64,000 nt of DNA from Candidatus Poribacteria bacterium (GCA_965218095.1 OZ244587.1:1056001-1120000); one strand, 5' to 3'. Positions 22,496 to 36,427 are shown, numbered from the stretch's first letter. Numbers and translations are program-made. The notes: generated from the letters alone by a model not told the origin.

Positions 22496-23586
22496 TAGGA
22501 CTTACGCAACCCAGCCAATTATGGCATAATATGACCTCATAATATGACCTTATGATAACATTCACTGGAAACCAGCCTAACCTTCAATTGGATTATTGCC
22601 AGTTCTTGTTGGTCAGCCACATCAATTACACACAGACTTACTTTGCTAACCACACCCAAAAGTGGAGTCATGACCAAATCAACCGCTACCTGAGAAACGA
22701 GAGAATTACCCCCAGAGAAGTCTGGGAAAACGTCAAAGACGACATCCGCTTTTCGGATAACGGTTATCTGTTGTTTGACGATACCGCCGCTGATAAGAAC
22801 TATTCGTCGAAAATCGAACCTTCTCGTCGGCAAGGGAGTGGTAATGCCAAGCGAGTTATCCGGGGTATCGGCAGAGTCACGATGATATATGTTAACCTAG
22901 ATGTGAATGCGTTCTGGATTGTTGATTATCGTATCTATGACCCCGACCGCGATAGCAAAAGTAAAATTGACCATCTACCCCGATAAGATCGGGATTCAAA
23001 GCAACTTGAGATGTTGCGCAATGCGAGTTTTGACAAAAACCTTCCCTTTACAACCGTTTTAGTTGACAGTTGGTATGCCTCCCGTCAAGTGCTTGTTTAC
23101 ATTCAACGGCTTGAAAAGGTCTACTATTGTCCGCTAAAGAGCAACCGTCGTGTTGACGATTCGGATGGCAAACACCCACACCAAAGAATTGACCAACTCA
23201 ACTGGAGTGAAACCCAACAGACCCATGGAAAATCCATCCACCTGAAGAATTTCCCCAAAGGTCATCGAGTGAAGTTTGTGCGCTCCACCGAGCGCACGGA
23301 ATATGTCGTGACCAACAACCTCACTCAAGATTCGACGACTCGTTGGAAGATTGAGCAATTTCACCGACAAGCCAAACAGGTCACCGGTCTTCAACGCTGC
23401 CAGTGTCGCAAACAGAGGGGGGTGAGAAATCATATTGGGTGTTCGATGTGAGTCCGGGTCAAACTCAATCGTCTCGCCCGTCAGACCGGCAAGATGATTT
23501 ACCAACTCAAGGAGTCACTGCTTGACGATTATCTGCGTCAGCAACTGCTTTCACCTTCTATTCCAATGACTCTTGCGTAAGTCCTA
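22496..23586 (+). mobile_element. IS701-family element, transposase pseudogene
   Basis: Perfect IR TAGGACTTACGCA and 4-bp duplication AGAT. SHDQINRYL, FDDT, DSWYA and RWKIEQFHR motifs with internal stops. Confidence 0.88.
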
Positions 23587-23833
23587 AGATGTAGATATAA
23601 TGTCCATGATTTACCTTACAAAAAGGAGCAAATTTGCAGATTTTAGTGAATTGAGTAGATTGCAACATCGTGGTGTATGGGATCGTATTGATAGAACCTC
23701 AACTGCCGAGATAGTTCATTACATCACAGAACAAAGGATTTGTAAATACGGTATGATACAAACCTCAAGCAAGTTGAGTTGGCCGCAGATTGCCGCCATC
23801 AAAGTCAAGCGCAAATTTTAAGCACATATTTCC

Positions 23834-23862
23834 TTGCAGAAATGGGTCAATTATGTTATACT
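23834..23862 (+). promoter_or_regulatory. Sigma70-type promoter of the pyr operon
   Basis: TTGCAG-N17-TATACT with extended TG. Confidence 0.6.
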
Positions 23863-23898
23863 TAGGTGATTTTAGTGTGAGTGAATACGAGACACTTT

Positions 23899-23933
23899 CC
23901 CTTTTAATCTGATCCCGTGAGGTTAGGAAAGGG
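23899..23933 (+). promoter_or_regulatory. PyrR binding loop (attenuator anti-antiterminator)
   Basis: CCCTTTTAATCTGATCCCGTGAGGTTAGGAAAGGG fits the UUUAA...RUCCNGNGAGGYU...GAAAGG hairpin; pyrR is downstream. Confidence 0.85.
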
Positions 23934-24004
23934 CGTTGAACATGATTTACGACGACACTCATTTTTTTGAGATCTTTTATTTCTTTGGCTATCAGTTTAT
24001 ACGC

Positions 24005-24036
24005 GCCTCCCTATTTTCATAGGAGAGGCTTTTTTT
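24005..24036 (+). terminator. Attenuator terminator of the pyr leader
   Basis: GCCTCCCTAT-TTTC-ATAGGAGAGGC-T7. Confidence 0.8.
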
Positions 24037-24091
24037 ATGCCTAGATTTAGCTTGACGCCCAATTTAACATTGTCAAGTTAGCTGCTCGATT

Positions 24092-24670
24092 ATGAATGCA
24101 CAAACTGTATTGGATTTTATTGAAGAAATCGGCGTTCTGAAAAATCTGCCGCGCACCGGTTGGCGTTTTCGCGGCATTAAGGACGCCGAGAGCATCGCGG
24201 ATCATTGCTATCGTGTATCACTTTTGTCGATGATTCTGGCGGATGTGTTGACGGAGCAGGGGGTTACGCTGAACGTAGAAAAGGTGATGCGGCTCGCATT
24301 GTTGCACGAAGTTGCGGAAGCACGAATTGGGGATGTGCCGTTCCCAGCCCTTGAATATATCCCCGAAGATGTCAAGGAAGCGGGGGAAAGAACTGCCGTG
24401 GAATCAATGTTTGAAAACTTTGGCGCATTCCAACAAAAGTATGTCGAACTTTGGGATGAATTTGAGCGTGGCACATCTCTCGAAGGAAAATTGGTGCGGG
24501 CCACCGATAAACTTGAATTAATGATTCAAGTGTTGGAATATGAAAAGATTGGCTATCGATCGCTAGATAAATTCTGGGTTAATCCCTGGAATCATCAAAA
24601 CTTTGACGATTATCCCCTGATCCGGGAAATCATGAACCTCCTAATCGAAAGAAGGGAATGTTTGAACTGA
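24092..24670 (+). CDS. HD-domain hydrolase (HDDC2/YfbR-like 5'-deoxynucleotidase)
   Basis: LK..PRTGW, ESIADH, LLHE and DKLE motifs. Confidence 0.85.
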   Translation: MNAQTVLDFIEEIGVLKNLPRTGWRFRGIKDAESIADHCYRVSLLSMILADVLTEQGVTLNVEKVMRLALLHEVAEARIGDVPFPALEYIPEDVKEAGERTAVESMFENFGAFQQKYVELWDEFERGTSLEGKLVRATDKLELMIQVLEYEKIGYRSLDKFWVNPWNHQNFDDYPLIREIMNLLIERRECLN

Positions 24671-26514
<1,844 letters not shown>

Positions 26515-26580
26515 AACGTGAAGCGTGATAGGTAATGCGTAAGAAAAAACAGAATAAGTCATTTCCAAGTGAGGTAGGAT

Positions 26581-26718
26581 ATGGCTCAGGATGAACGCTT
26601 CAGCGATTTGCCTATGATAGAGACCGAAAGGTTGCTTTTAAGAACGCTGAAGATGGAGGATGCTGAAGATATATTTGAATGGATTTCAGATCCGGAGGTG
26701 ACATCTCGAGTTTTATAG
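26581..26718 (+). pseudogene. RimJ/RimL GNAT acetyltransferase N-terminal fragment
   Basis: MAQDERFSDLPMIETERLLLRTLKMEDAEDIFEWISDPEV then a stop; RBS GAGG. Confidence 0.65.
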
Positions 26719-26963
26719 AGAAAACTGAGAGACTAACCAAATACAAGTTACTCTTAGAGATCGAAGATCGGGGGTTTGAGTTCTCTGTCTTTGGCTACGG
26801 ATTTTGGAAGTCCTCAATTGTGACCGGTACAATATTCGATAGAGTTGTATTGACGCTAGAAGATGCATGTGAATATAATTCCATCCCCGAAGACGAGTAC
26901 GAAAAAGCAAGACAATATTTTGGTGGGCTTCACGAACAGCGGATACAAGAATTTCCGAATTAA
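26679..26963 (+). CDS. Hypothetical protein, probably a C-terminal fragment
   Basis: 94-aa AT-rich ORF overlapping the GNAT fragment; no recognisable motif. Confidence 0.3.
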   Translation: MDFRSGGDISSFIEKTERLTKYKLLLEIEDRGFEFSVFGYGFWKSSIVTGTIFDRVVLTLEDACEYNSIPEDEYEKARQYFGGLHEQRIQEFPN

Positions 26964-26982
26964 ACAGATAAAAAGGTAGCCG

Positions 26983-28605
26983 ATGAATATGAATCAACTC
27001 TACTATGGTGACAATCTAGACATTTTGCGAGCCCACATCCCGGATGAAAGCGTCGATCTCATTTACATCGATCCGCCGTTCAACTCGAACCAAGCGTACA
27101 ACGTGATTTTCAGCGAGGCAGATGGCTCATCATCGCAGGCGCAGATTCAAGCCTTTGAGGATACATGGCATTGGGTCGAAACCACTGAGCAGGCATATTA
27201 TGAGCTGGTCGAGACCGCGCCACCCCTTCTGGTTGAGACAATCAAGAGTTTTCGCGGAATCCTCGGTGAAAACAATCTGATGGCGTACCTCGTGATGATG
27301 GGGTTGCGATTGGTGGAACTCCACCGCGTCCTGAAACCGACAGGGAGCTTTTATCTCCATTGTGACCCGACAGCATCGCACTATCTGAAGATTATCTTAG
27401 ATCAGGTTTTTGGCGTTGAGAATTTCAGAAACGAGGTAATTTGGAAACGTTTTAACTTTCACGCAGATGCAAAGCGTTACGGACGTATAACAGACAGATT
27501 GTTGTTTTATACACGGAGTGGTGATTTTTGCTGGAATCAACCTCGTATGCCCTTTTCAGAGGACTATGTTCGCTCGAAATTTACTCATAAAGATGAGCGA
27601 GGTGTTTTCCGATTAAGTGATTTGAACCCGCCCGGTGGTCGTGGTCCAGTCTATGAGTTTCGTGGCGTTACTCGTCCATGGCGTTATACTGAAGAAAAAA
27701 TGAAGGAGCTCGATAAGCAGGGACGCATATATTGTGCAAGGAGTGGCGATATTCCGCAGCTTAAAAGATATTTAGATGAACTTGATGGGCAAGCCGTTCC
27801 GGAATTATGGCAGGATATACCACCAATAAACCCGATGGCTAAAGAGCGTCTCGGCTATCCGACCCAAAAACCTGAAGCATTGCTTGAGCGAATTATCAAA
27901 GCGAGTAGCAACGAAGGCGATGTTGTATTGGACGCCTTCTGTGGTTGTGGGACAGCTGTCGCTGTTGCGCAACGGCTTAACCGCCGGTGGATTGGGGTTG
28001 ACATCACACATCTTGCCATTGCCTTATTGAAATATCGTCTTGCTGATGCCTTCGGTGATGATGTGAAATATGAAGTTATCGGTGAGCCGAAAGATGCGGA
28101 GAGCGCGAAGGCTTTAGCGGTTCAGGATCGGTATCAATTCCAGTGGTGGGCGTTAAGTCTGATTCGGGCGAGACCTTATCAGGAGAAAAAGAAGGGCGCA
28201 GACGAAGGTGTGGACGGGATGATCTATTATCAGGATGTTGACCCGGACAACCCAAAAAAGATGTTGACTCGGAAGATTGTCGTTCAGGTCAAAAGTGGGA
28301 AGGTCTCTGTCAAGGACATACGAGAACTGAAATCGGTTGTCGACAGCCAAGACGCTGTAATCGGTGTCTTTATCACGCTGAACCCGCCGACCCAACCGAT
28401 GGTTAAAGAAGCGGCTACGGCGGGTCGTTTTCAATGGCTTCACGTCAACCACACGATATATCCAAAAATTCAGATTCGGACGATTGAGGAACTGCTTGCG
28501 GGACACGGTATTGAATATCCACAGACGCCTATTGATATCACGTTCCGCAGGGCAGAGCGAGCAGCCCTCCAAAGCCAGCAACTTGAAATAGAGGTTAACC
28601 AATGA
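26983..28605 (+). CDS. Beta-class N6/N4 DNA methyltransferase with C-terminal Mrr-like endonuclease domain
   Basis: DPPF, YPTQKP and FCGCGT motifs; C-terminal D.GVDG...VQVKSG. Confidence 0.88.
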   Translation: MNMNQLYYGDNLDILRAHIPDESVDLIYIDPPFNSNQAYNVIFSEADGSSSQAQIQAFEDTWHWVETTEQAYYELVETAPPLLVETIKSFRGILGENNLMAYLVMMGLRLVELHRVLKPTGSFYLHCDPTASHYLKIILDQVFGVENFRNEVIWKRFNFHADAKRYGRITDRLLFYTRSGDFCWNQPRMPFSEDYVRSKFTHKDERGVFRLSDLNPPGGRGPVYEFRGVTRPWRYTEEKMKELDKQGRIYCARSGDIPQLKRYLDELDGQAVPELWQDIPPINPMAKERLGYPTQKPEALLERIIKASSNEGDVVLDAFCGCGTAVAVAQRLNRRWIGVDITHLAIALLKYRLADAFGDDVKYEVIGEPKDAESAKALAVQDRYQFQWWALSLIRARPYQEKKKGADEGVDGMIYYQDVDPDNPKKMLTRKIVVQVKSGKVSVKDIRELKSVVDSQDAVIGVFITLNPPTQPMVKEAATAGRFQWLHVNHTIYPKIQIRTIEELLAGHGIEYPQTPIDITFRRAERAALQSQQLEIEVNQ

Positions 28606-29786
28606 AAGCAATTCTCGCATTAGCAGATGGAACAATCTTTGAAGGCGAACACTTTGGTGCAACCGGCGAAACTTCAGGTGAGGTAGTCTTCAACACCAGC
28701 ATGACAGGCTACCAAGAAATCCTCACCGATCCCTCCTACAAGGGGCAGATCGTCACGATGACCTACCCGCTAATCGGAAACTACGGCTGCAACGAGATCG
28801 ATGTCGAATCAATTCGACCGCAAGCGGAAGGGTTTGTTGTGCGTGAATATAGTGCGTACGAGAGTAATTGGCGTTCACAATTGAACCTCGGTAGCTACCT
28901 TGAGGAAAATGGGATTATCGGCATCCACGGTATTGACACGCGCGCATTGACCAAGCGGCTCAGGGTGCATGGCGTTATGGATGGTGTACTTTCGACGGAA
29001 GACCTTGACCCTCAAAGCTTAGTTGCCAAAGCGCAGGCATGGCATGGGTTGGTTGGTGTGGATATGGTTCAGTACGTGACGTGCCCCAATCCTTACTTAT
29101 GGGAGACACGCGACTCCGAATCAAGCGCTCTTCCTGACTTGACCTCTGCCGCCGATGATAAAAACTCCCAACTCACCATTGACTTTGGCACCGCGGAGAT
29201 TGAGGCACCGTCAACTCCTCAATTCCGCGTCATTGCGATGGATTTCGGAGTCAAATATAACATCCTACGCCAACTTGCCCAACACGGTTGTCAGGTGCAA
29301 ATTGTTCCAGCACACACTTCCGCAGAGGATATTCTCGCCGCGGATGCAGATGGTATCTTCTTGTCAAACGGTCCCGGCGATCCGGAGCCGATTGAATATG
29401 GAATCAAGACGATTCAGCGCCTCATCGGCAAAAAGCCAATCTTCGGTATCTGTTTGGGGCATCAGTTGTTAGGACTTGCGTTTGGCGGAAAGACCTTCAA
29501 ACTCAAATTCGGACATCGCGGCGCGAATCAGCCGGTTAAGCGGTTCGACACGGAACAGGTAGAGATCACCGCGCAAAATCACGGTTTCTGTGTGGACATC
29601 GATTCACTACCAGGCGCTGTAAAGATTACGCATCTTAATCTAAACGATCAGACCCTTGAAGGCATGGAGCACACCAAATATCCCATCTTCTCTGTGCAGT
29701 ACCATCCGGAAGCCTCTCCCGGACCTCATGATGCGAGCTATCTTTTTAGAAAATTCGCCGACCTTATGAAAGGGAGAAATGTGTGA
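28602..29786 (+). CDS. carA: Carbamoyl-phosphate synthase small subunit
   Basis: [28 protein letters not shown] and QYHPEA motifs. Confidence 0.97.
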   Translation: MKAILALADGTIFEGEHFGATGETSGEVVFNTSMTGYQEILTDPSYKGQIVTMTYPLIGNYGCNEIDVESIRPQAEGFVVREYSAYESNWRSQLNLGSYLEENGIIGIHGIDTRALTKRLRVHGVMDGVLSTEDLDPQSLVAKAQAWHGLVGVDMVQYVTCPNPYLWETRDSESSALPDLTSAADDKNSQLTIDFGTAEIEAPSTPQFRVIAMDFGVKYNILRQLAQHGCQVQIVPAHTSAEDILAADADGIFLSNGPGDPEPIEYGIKTIQRLIGKKPIFGICLGHQLLGLAFGGKTFKLKFGHRGANQPVKRFDTEQVEITAQNHGFCVDIDSLPGAVKITHLNLNDQTLEGMEHTKYPIFSVQYHPEASPGPHDASYLFRKFADLMKGRNV

Positions 29787-29884
29787 TACGTAATGCGTAA
29801 TCAGTAATGAGTAAAACTGATTATACCTTGCCCCTTACTTGTTACTCGCTGCTATACGTTTCACGCAATTCGCAATAGATAATC

Positions 29885-32800
29885 ATGCCAAAACGAACGG
29901 ACATCGAAAAAATCTTGATTATCGGCTCTGGGCCGATTATTATCGGTCAAGCCTGTGAATTTGACTATTCTGGAACTCAGGCGTGTAAAGCCTTGAAGGA
30001 GGAAGGCTATGAAATTGTTCTCATCAACAGTAATCCGGCAACGATTATGACAGACCCGGAGTTCGCAGATCGGACTTATATCGAACCGATTGGTGCGGAT
30101 GTCGCCGAAAGAATTATTGCGGCGGAACGTCCACAAGCCTTGCTCCCGACGTTGGGCGGACAGACGGGGCTGAATGTTTCTGTTGAACTTGCTGAGTCGG
30201 GCGTGCTGGACAAATACGATGTCGAACTGATTGGTGCGAAACTCCATGCCATCCAAAAAGCGGAAGACCGGGAGCTATTCAAAAAGGCGATGGAGGGGAT
30301 CGGCTTGGCGGTGCCTAAAAGCGGCATTGCCCGTTCGTTTGTTGACGCCATTGCTGTCATCGCCATGATCAGCTACCCTGCGATTATCCGACCGGCGTTT
30401 ACACTCGGCGGCACAGGTGGGGGGATCGCCTACAATATCGAAGAGTTTCGGGAGATGGTTGAACACGGCCTGGCGTTAAGCCCGGTCAACGAAGTGTTAA
30501 TCGAGGAGTCGGTGATTGGCTGGAAAGAGTTTGAGCTTGAAGTAATGCGCGATCAAGCCGATAATGTCGTGATCATTTGCTCAATCGAGAATTTCGATCC
30601 AATGGGCGTTCACACCGGCGATAGCATTACCATCGCGCCCGCTCAGACCTTGACAGACAAAGAATATCAGCAGATGCGAGACGCCGCGATAAAGATCATC
30701 CGTGAAATCGGTGTGGACACAGGGGGTTCAAATATTCAATTTGCCGTTCACCCGGACACAGGGAAACAGGTCGTTATTGAAATGAACCCGCGGGTCTCTC
30801 GGAGTTCTGCACTTGCCTCGAAAGCAACTGGGTTTCCGATAGCGAAGATCGCAGCGAAGTTGGCTGTCGGATATACGCTTGATGAGCTTCCCAATGATAT
30901 TACGCGCAAAACCCCTGCGTCGTTTGAACCGACGATTGATTACGTTGTGACAAAGATTCCACGTTGGGCGTTTGAGAAATTCGCTGGCACCGATGAAACG
31001 CTGACCACGATGATGAAATCGGTCGGTGAGGCAATGGCAATTGGAAGGACGTTCAAAGAATCCCTGCAGAAGGGCTTACGGTCTTTGGAAAACGGTTGGG
31101 CCGGACTTGACAACCATCCCATCCATGAATTGCCGTTCTCGGAACTTCCCCGGAAATTGACGATACCCAATGTGGAGCGAATCTTTTACATAAAACAAGC
31201 CCTGCAGCGCGGGATGAGTATCGATCAGATTCACGGATATACACAAATCGACCCATTTTTCCTGTATAATATGAAGGAGATTGTCGATCTTGAGGAGGAA
31301 ATTCGGAAAGTCGGAAGCGACAGCAAACTAGACGCTCTGGATATGTCTCAGCTTCCTGATTCATCCATTTTCCTGCTCCGAAAAGCAAAGCAGTACGGGT
31401 TTTCGGACCGTCAGATAGGGGAACTTTGGAACGCCTCCGAGGCGAGTATCCGAGGGCTAAGGAAGGGGCACGGGATTGAAGCCACGTTTAAGACGGTGGA
31501 TACATGTGCTGCGGAGTTTGAAGCGGAGACGCCTTACTACTATTCTACCTACGGGATGGAGGATGAAGTCCGACCTAGCCAGAAGAAGAAGATTCTGATT
31601 TTGGGCAGCGGTCCGAATCGGATTGGTCAAGGAATTGAATTCGATTACTGTTGTGTTCACGCGGCACTCGCGCTTAAAGAGGATAACTATGAGACTATTA
31701 TGGTCAACAGCAATCCCGAAACCGTGAGCACGGATTACGATACGTCGGATCGGCTCTACTTTGAACCACTCACGCACGAAAATGTGTTGAACATCGTTGA
31801 TCGGGAAAAGCCGGAGGGGGTTATCGTGCAGCTTGGCGGGCAAACGCCACTGAATCTTGCGCTCGGACTCCAGAAGGCGGGCGTTCCAATTATCGGAACA
31901 AGCCCAGAGGACATTGCGAGATCGGAGGATCGGAAGCAGTTTACAGAGTTGCTTGACGGGCTCGGCTTGATGCAGCCTCCAAATGGCACGGCAACTTCGG
32001 TCAAAGAAGCCACGCCAATTGCCGCTGCACTTGGATACCCGGTTATAGTACGTCCTTCGTACGTTTTGGGGGGACGGGCGATGCAGATTGTCTATGACCA
32101 AGATGCTCTGGAAGCGTATATGGATTCGGCGGTCGCAGCCTCCCCCGAACATCCCGTATTAATTGACAAGTATTTAGAGGATGCCATTGAAGTTGACGTT
32201 GATGCGATTTCCGACGGGAACCGCACCATCATTGGCGGGATCATGGAACATATCGAGGAGGCAGGAATCCACTCTGGAGACAGCGACTGTGTGCTGCCGC
32301 CTTACACGCTTGTTGAGGAGCAGATCGATACGCTCAAGGAGTATACTGACGCGCTTGCAAAGGCACTCAACGTGCGCGGGTTGATGAATATACAGTATGC
32401 GATAAAAAACGATGAGATTTATGTGTTGGAAGTCAACCCACGGGCGTCGCGTACCGTACCGTTTGTGAGTAAGACCATTGGGGTGCCGTTGGCAAAGCTC
32501 GCCGCCCGCATCATGACGGGGCGTACCCTTGATGAACTTGGATTTACGAAGGAGATTGAGCCAGATTATTTTTCGGTGAAGGCTCCCGTGTTTCCGTTCA
32601 ACCGCTTTCCGGGGGCAAATTCTCAGCTTGGACCTGAGATGAAATCGACAGGCGAGGTGATGGGGATCGATACGGACCTGAGTATCGCCTTTGCCAAAGC
32701 GCAACAGGCGGTAGGGTATCAATTGCCCCTTAACGGTCGAGCCTTCATCAGCGTAAAAAATAAGGATAAGCGTGCGATTATTTTCATCGCCAAAAAGCTG

Positions 32801-33139
32801 ATTGATATGGGCTTTCAACTGATCGCCACGCACGGCACAGCGAAGGTGCTTCGTCGTAACGGCATTGAAGTAACACTGGTCCATAGTATAGGCAAGGGGC
32901 GTCCAACAATCCACGATTATGTAAAAAACCACGCTGTCAATCTGATTATCAATACACCGACCGGATATGCACATCGTCCGAATGAGGAATTAATTCGGCA
33001 AATGGCAATTGATTATGGGATTACCCTATTTTCTACAATCGCAGGTGCGTCAGCCGCAATCAATGGCATTGATGCGCTCCGCCGTGGAGAAATCACTGTG
33101 ACCCCATTACAGGATTATTACGTGAAACGTGAAACGTGA
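29885..33139 (+). CDS. carB: Carbamoyl-phosphate synthase large subunit
   Basis: [17 protein letters not shown], duplicated ATP-grasp domains and an MGS domain. Confidence 0.98.
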   Translation: MPKRTDIEKILIIGSGPIIIGQACEFDYSGTQACKALKEEGYEIVLINSNPATIMTDPEFADRTYIEPIGADVAERIIAAERPQALLPTLGGQTGLNVSVELAESGVLDKYDVELIGAKLHAIQKAEDRELFKKAMEGIGLAVPKSGIARSFVDAIAVIAMISYPAIIRPAFTLGGTGGGIAYNIEEFREMVEHGLALSPVNEVLIEESVIGWKEFELEVMRDQADNVVIICSIENFDPMGVHTGDSITIAPAQTLTDKEYQQMRDAAIKIIREIGVDTGGSNIQFAVHPDTGKQVVIEMNPRVSRSSALASKATGFPIAKIAAKLAVGYTLDELPNDITRKTPASFEPTIDYVVTKIPRWAFEKFAGTDETLTTMMKSVGEAMAIGRTFKESLQKGLRSLENGWAGLDNHPIHELPFSELPRKLTIPNVERIFYIKQALQRGMSIDQIHGYTQIDPFFLYNMKEIVDLEEEIRKVGSDSKLDALDMSQLPDSSIFLLRKAKQYGFSDRQIGELWNASEASIRGLRKGHGIEATFKTVDTCAAEFEAETPYYYSTYGMEDEVRPSQKKKILILGSGPNRIGQGIEFDYCCVHAALALKEDNYETIMVNSNPETVSTDYDTSDRLYFEPLTHENVLNIVDREKPEGVIVQLGGQTPLNLALGLQKAGVPIIGTSPEDIARSEDRKQFTELLDGLGLMQPPNGTATSVKEATPIAAALGYPVIVRPSYVLGGRAMQIVYDQDALEAYMDSAVAASPEHPVLIDKYLEDAIEVDVDAISDGNRTIIGGIMEHIEEAGIHSGDSDCVLPPYTLVEEQIDTLKEYTDALAKALNVRGLMNIQYAIKNDEIYVLEVNPRASRTVPFVSKTIGVPLAKLAARIMTGRTLDELGFTKEIEPDYFSVKAPVFPFNRFPGANSQLGPEMKSTGEVMGIDTDLSIAFAKAQQAVGYQLPLNGRAFISVKNKDKRAIIFIAKKLIDMGFQLIATHGTAKVLRRNGIEVTLVHSIGKGRPTIHDYVKNHAVNLIINTPTGYAHRPNEELIRQMAIDYGITLFSTIAGASAAINGIDALRRGEITVTPLQDYYVKRET

Positions 33140-33324
33140 GGCGTGAGGAAATGAGAGGGACTCAGGAGATAGAAAAAAAGGAGGAGAAAGGGAAGGATTC
33201 GTTGCACAACCCTCATGAGTTCGAAATCGCTTAAAGAAACCTTTTGGGAATTCGTAAAACAGAATGTACCAGACAAAAACTGGTATAACATGACACATTA
33301 CATATTTATGGAAAGGAGATAAAA

Positions 33325-34113
33325 ATGGCAAGAAATCAAGTTGAAAGAAACACACGCCTGGTTCGTGCGCTTGATGAGATTTTGGATAGTTTGGTGTTTG
33401 ACGCCGCCCACCCGGTGAAGGTTGTGAGGTTGGCGGAGGGGAAAGAAGTGGTTATTGTGCAGTCAAATGCGTTCACAATATCACGCATCTACACCTCGGG
33501 GCGTCCCGATGGCAAGAAACCACATGGGCGAGATTCCTACTATGAGTACTTTCGTGAACAGCTTGAAGACTATAAACAGCAGCACGAAAGCGACGAAGGG
33601 TTTGGGCTAACGCCAGAAGATTGGCGTGTCTTATTTCAGGAATCTTACGACAGGTATACTCGGTACCTGTTGTTTGCGGGGATTAAACGGTGGGCTGATG
33701 TCAAACGGGACACCGAAACGAATCTCGCAGTCACGAATATGGCACGCAAATATGCACCTCCCAACATCGCATGGGAAAGCTACCAATACAAAGGCTATAT
33801 GCTCATGATGAATAGTATGGCGAATGCAGAACTTTGCCTTAGGGAGAACGACCATCAAGGCGCATTGCAGCAAGTAGATTCGGGAATCCAACGCATCGGG
33901 CAATTCTGCGGTGAATGTTTACGGGAGGGCTACGGCGATGCGGAAAACGTCACACGTGAACGCTATCTGAGCAACTTGATTGAGTTTCGATCCGATCTTG
34001 AGTCGGTGGAAGAGGGATTAGAAAGACAGCGGGCGCGTCACGAAGGTGATGAAGATGAAGCGGATTTCCTGGAGGAGTTAGAGGAACTTTTGGATGAGGA
34101 AAGCGATAATTAA
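33325..34113 (+). CDS. Conserved hypothetical protein (resembles planctomycete UvrB/UvrC-motif-associated proteins)
   Basis: GRPDGKKPHG..SY.EY, Y.RY..F and V.RDT..NL; acidic tail; RBS AAGGAG. Confidence 0.5.
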   Translation: MARNQVERNTRLVRALDEILDSLVFDAAHPVKVVRLAEGKEVVIVQSNAFTISRIYTSGRPDGKKPHGRDSYYEYFREQLEDYKQQHESDEGFGLTPEDWRVLFQESYDRYTRYLLFAGIKRWADVKRDTETNLAVTNMARKYAPPNIAWESYQYKGYMLMMNSMANAELCLRENDHQGALQQVDSGIQRIGQFCGECLREGYGDAENVTRERYLSNLIEFRSDLESVEEGLERQRARHEGDEDEADFLEELEELLDEESDN

Positions 34114-34156
34114 AAGGATTGACGCAAGATTTTTGCCTCGTAACTTCAACTGAAAG

Positions 34157-34606
34157 ATGAAGACGCATACCTTGAAAACCAAACAGTGGCTTCCTCGCCC
34201 GCTAGATGAGGTATTCTTATTCTTCGCAAACGCGCATAATTTGGAAGCCATCACTCCACCATGGCTGCACTTTAAGTTACTCACCCTTCCACCAATTGAG
34301 ATGAAACAGGGGACGTTAATCAACTATCGCCTGCGGCCGCATGGTGTGCCGATGCGCTGGCAAAGTGAGATAACGTCCTGGAATCCGCCTCACGACTTCG
34401 TGGACGAGCAGCGCCGTGGCCCTTATCGGCTTTGGATTCATAAGCACACTTTTGTTCAGTGCAATGGCGGTACGCTCATCGAAGACAAGGCCAGATATGC
34501 CGTATATGGCGGCGCCCTCATCCAAAATTTTCTCGTTGCCCCTGATCTGAAAAAGATCTTTGATTATCGGCGCCATAAACTCCAGCAGATCTTTGGCGAG
34601 GGGTGA
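34157..34606 (+). CDS. SRPBCC family protein
   Basis: NL.AITPPWL.F, FVDEQ..GPY..W.H.H.F and IFDYR motifs. Confidence 0.88.
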   Translation: MKTHTLKTKQWLPRPLDEVFLFFANAHNLEAITPPWLHFKLLTLPPIEMKQGTLINYRLRPHGVPMRWQSEITSWNPPHDFVDEQRRGPYRLWIHKHTFVQCNGGTLIEDKARYAVYGGALIQNFLVAPDLKKIFDYRRHKLQQIFGEG

Positions 34607-34664
34607 ATCTCCGAATGGGAGCGTCGACGAATCATCTTACGAATGACGCTATTCGTTTCACACA

Positions 34665-36116
34665 TTACGCATGACTTCTGGCAAGATACGCCTTCAGGTG
34701 CGACACGGCACGACCACTGTCAATCGCTTCTCTTGTTCGTTCAATCGCTTCGCGTGGATCGGGGCAAAGTCCCAACAGATAGTCGGTCACCGCTGTGTTG
34801 AGCACGAGTCGATCGTATATCTGTCCTTTCTGACCGGATAACGCCCCCATCCCTACCTCCGCAAACGCTTCAGGATTCACCGTTTTCAGACGCGGATTTT
34901 TCTCATAGTTGAATCCGAAGGCTTTCGGATCTAGATCTAAAGCAAAATTGTCTTGCTGTTCGCCGACCCGCCGAAACCCCTGGGAATAATTCACCGCTTG
35001 TCGAACTACTGTCGAGGGATTTCCCAAACGCAAGGCGTAATGGCTTGTTCCTTCCTCCCCTTTTACCACGAGTCCAGCTTGAAAGCCACGCTCCCGTATC
35101 AAACGAAGCAGCGGTTCTTCGTAGCCAGGGTGGTAATACCCGATGACCATGTAATTTGCTCTGGAAGCGGAAAAGAGTTGCTGCGCTTTTTCCGTCGCAG
35201 CCCAGGGCGGACGCTTTTTGATATGAACGCGCAGTTCTCGGATACCGTAGCTGCCGGGAGAATATTCCCGTTGGCTCACATAGGCGAATCCAACTTCCGG
35301 ATCTTCGATTAAAGCTGCAGCTTCCTCAAGCGAGAGATCCGTGCGGGCGCCAAGCGACCGCAGGACCTTCTCCTCTGTGACCCCATTTTTCGGCGGCATC
35401 TCATCGACGCCATGCAGCACCGAAGCCTCTCCTAGAGCCGCTCGCACGGCTGCGATAAACAGCGTCGGTCTAAAGTATCGCGTCGAACCGTCGAACGGTT
35501 CGCCAAAATGTGTCAGCGAATCGACGGAAACCGGTCGCACCTGCTCTGGGCTGAAAACAGCGTCTAAATATCCACGCACTTCGTCGTAGGTTTCAAGGTT
35601 CATACGCTGCCCGATGAGGGCTGCCCCCTTCAGTGCCTCCTTCACGTGTCCATTCAGGATAGCTTTCCCCATTCGCAACGTTTCATCATAGGTCAAGTGC
35701 CCCCCCTGCAAAATCTTTTCGAGGGCTTTAAGGACAACCTCTTCCTCGATATTTGCGGGTTTATACTCCAAATCTGGCTGCATGATGAACTTTATCTCTG
35801 GGGGCATAAATCTTTCTAAATCCGCGCCGTACTTGTCGAAAGCCGCAATCTCCGCTTCGCTCCACTGTGTTTCTTTCGGAAAGTCCTTCCGAATCGTCAT
35901 CGCAGCGAAAAACGCCCCCATTTGAGCTCCCGAAACAGTCTGATCATCGGGCGCCTCTCCCCTGACCGATCTCAGGATGGTCTCAAGAATCGCTGCTGGC
36001 TGGATTGCATCCGCTGCTTTTACGCCCAATGGTCTTGTCTGGTGTGGCCCAGTGCAAACTCTCGCCTGGGCTTCTAGGACATCTTCATTGGGATCTGGAT
36101 ATTGTTTTTTGTACAT
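34665..36116 (-). CDS. Anthranilate phosphoribosyltransferase-like (glycosyltransferase family 3, YbiB-like) protein
   Basis: QMGAFF, HFGEPFDG, LHGV..MPPK.GVT and KGEEG motifs. Confidence 0.75.
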   Translation of the reverse strand: MYKKQYPDPNEDVLEAQARVCTGPHQTRPLGVKAADAIQPAAILETILRSVRGEAPDDQTVSGAQMGAFFAAMTIRKDFPKETQWSEAEIAAFDKYGADLERFMPPEIKFIMQPDLEYKPANIEEEVVLKALEKILQGGHLTYDETLRMGKAILNGHVKEALKGAALIGQRMNLETYDEVRGYLDAVFSPEQVRPVSVDSLTHFGEPFDGSTRYFRPTLFIAAVRAALGEASVLHGVDEMPPKNGVTEEKVLRSLGARTDLSLEEAAALIEDPEVGFAYVSQREYSPGSYGIRELRVHIKKRPPWAATEKAQQLFSASRANYMVIGYYHPGYEEPLLRLIRERGFQAGLVVKGEEGTSHYALRLGNPSTVVRQAVNYSQGFRRVGEQQDNFALDLDPKAFGFNYEKNPRLKTVNPEAFAEVGMGALSGQKGQIYDRLVLNTAVTDYLLGLCPDPREAIERTREAIDSGRAVSHLKAYLARSHA

Positions 36117-36152
36117 GGTTTTTCCCTCCTCTGGGTGGTTCTGAGAAGTATT

Positions 36153-36292
36153 TAGGACTTACGCAGTTACGATAAGAAACCAGCGTGTTTTCTGTATCTG
36201 GCATCATGTATCCTGTACTCGTGTTGGATTCAAGATTCAAGAAGCAGCAAGGATTTGAAGTGAACCTGCAATGTGCATATGCGTAAGTCCTG
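36153..36292. mobile_element. MITE with IS701-type ends
   Basis: TAGGACTTACGCA ... TGCGTAAGTCCTG flanked by a 5-bp duplication GTATT. Confidence 0.85.
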
Positions 36293-36343
36293 GTATTATA
36301 ACACAGTTCTATGTGATTGGTAAATGATGTAGAATTCCTTTCC

Positions 36344-36372
36344 TTGACAGGAGAAAAGCTGTATGCTATACT
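36344..36372 (+). promoter_or_regulatory. Sigma70-type promoter
   Basis: TTGACA-N17-TATACT. Confidence 0.7.
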
Positions 36373-36427
36373 CCTCCACATCGAGCATCTACCTTCTCGA
36401 AATTCCGCCTGAAAACAGGAACGCATT

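Noticed and set aside
31457-32974. Long antisense ORFs (231 and 266 aa) and similar shadow ORFs elsewhere
   Set aside because: They lie opposite conserved genes such as carB and have no motifs; explained by codon bias.
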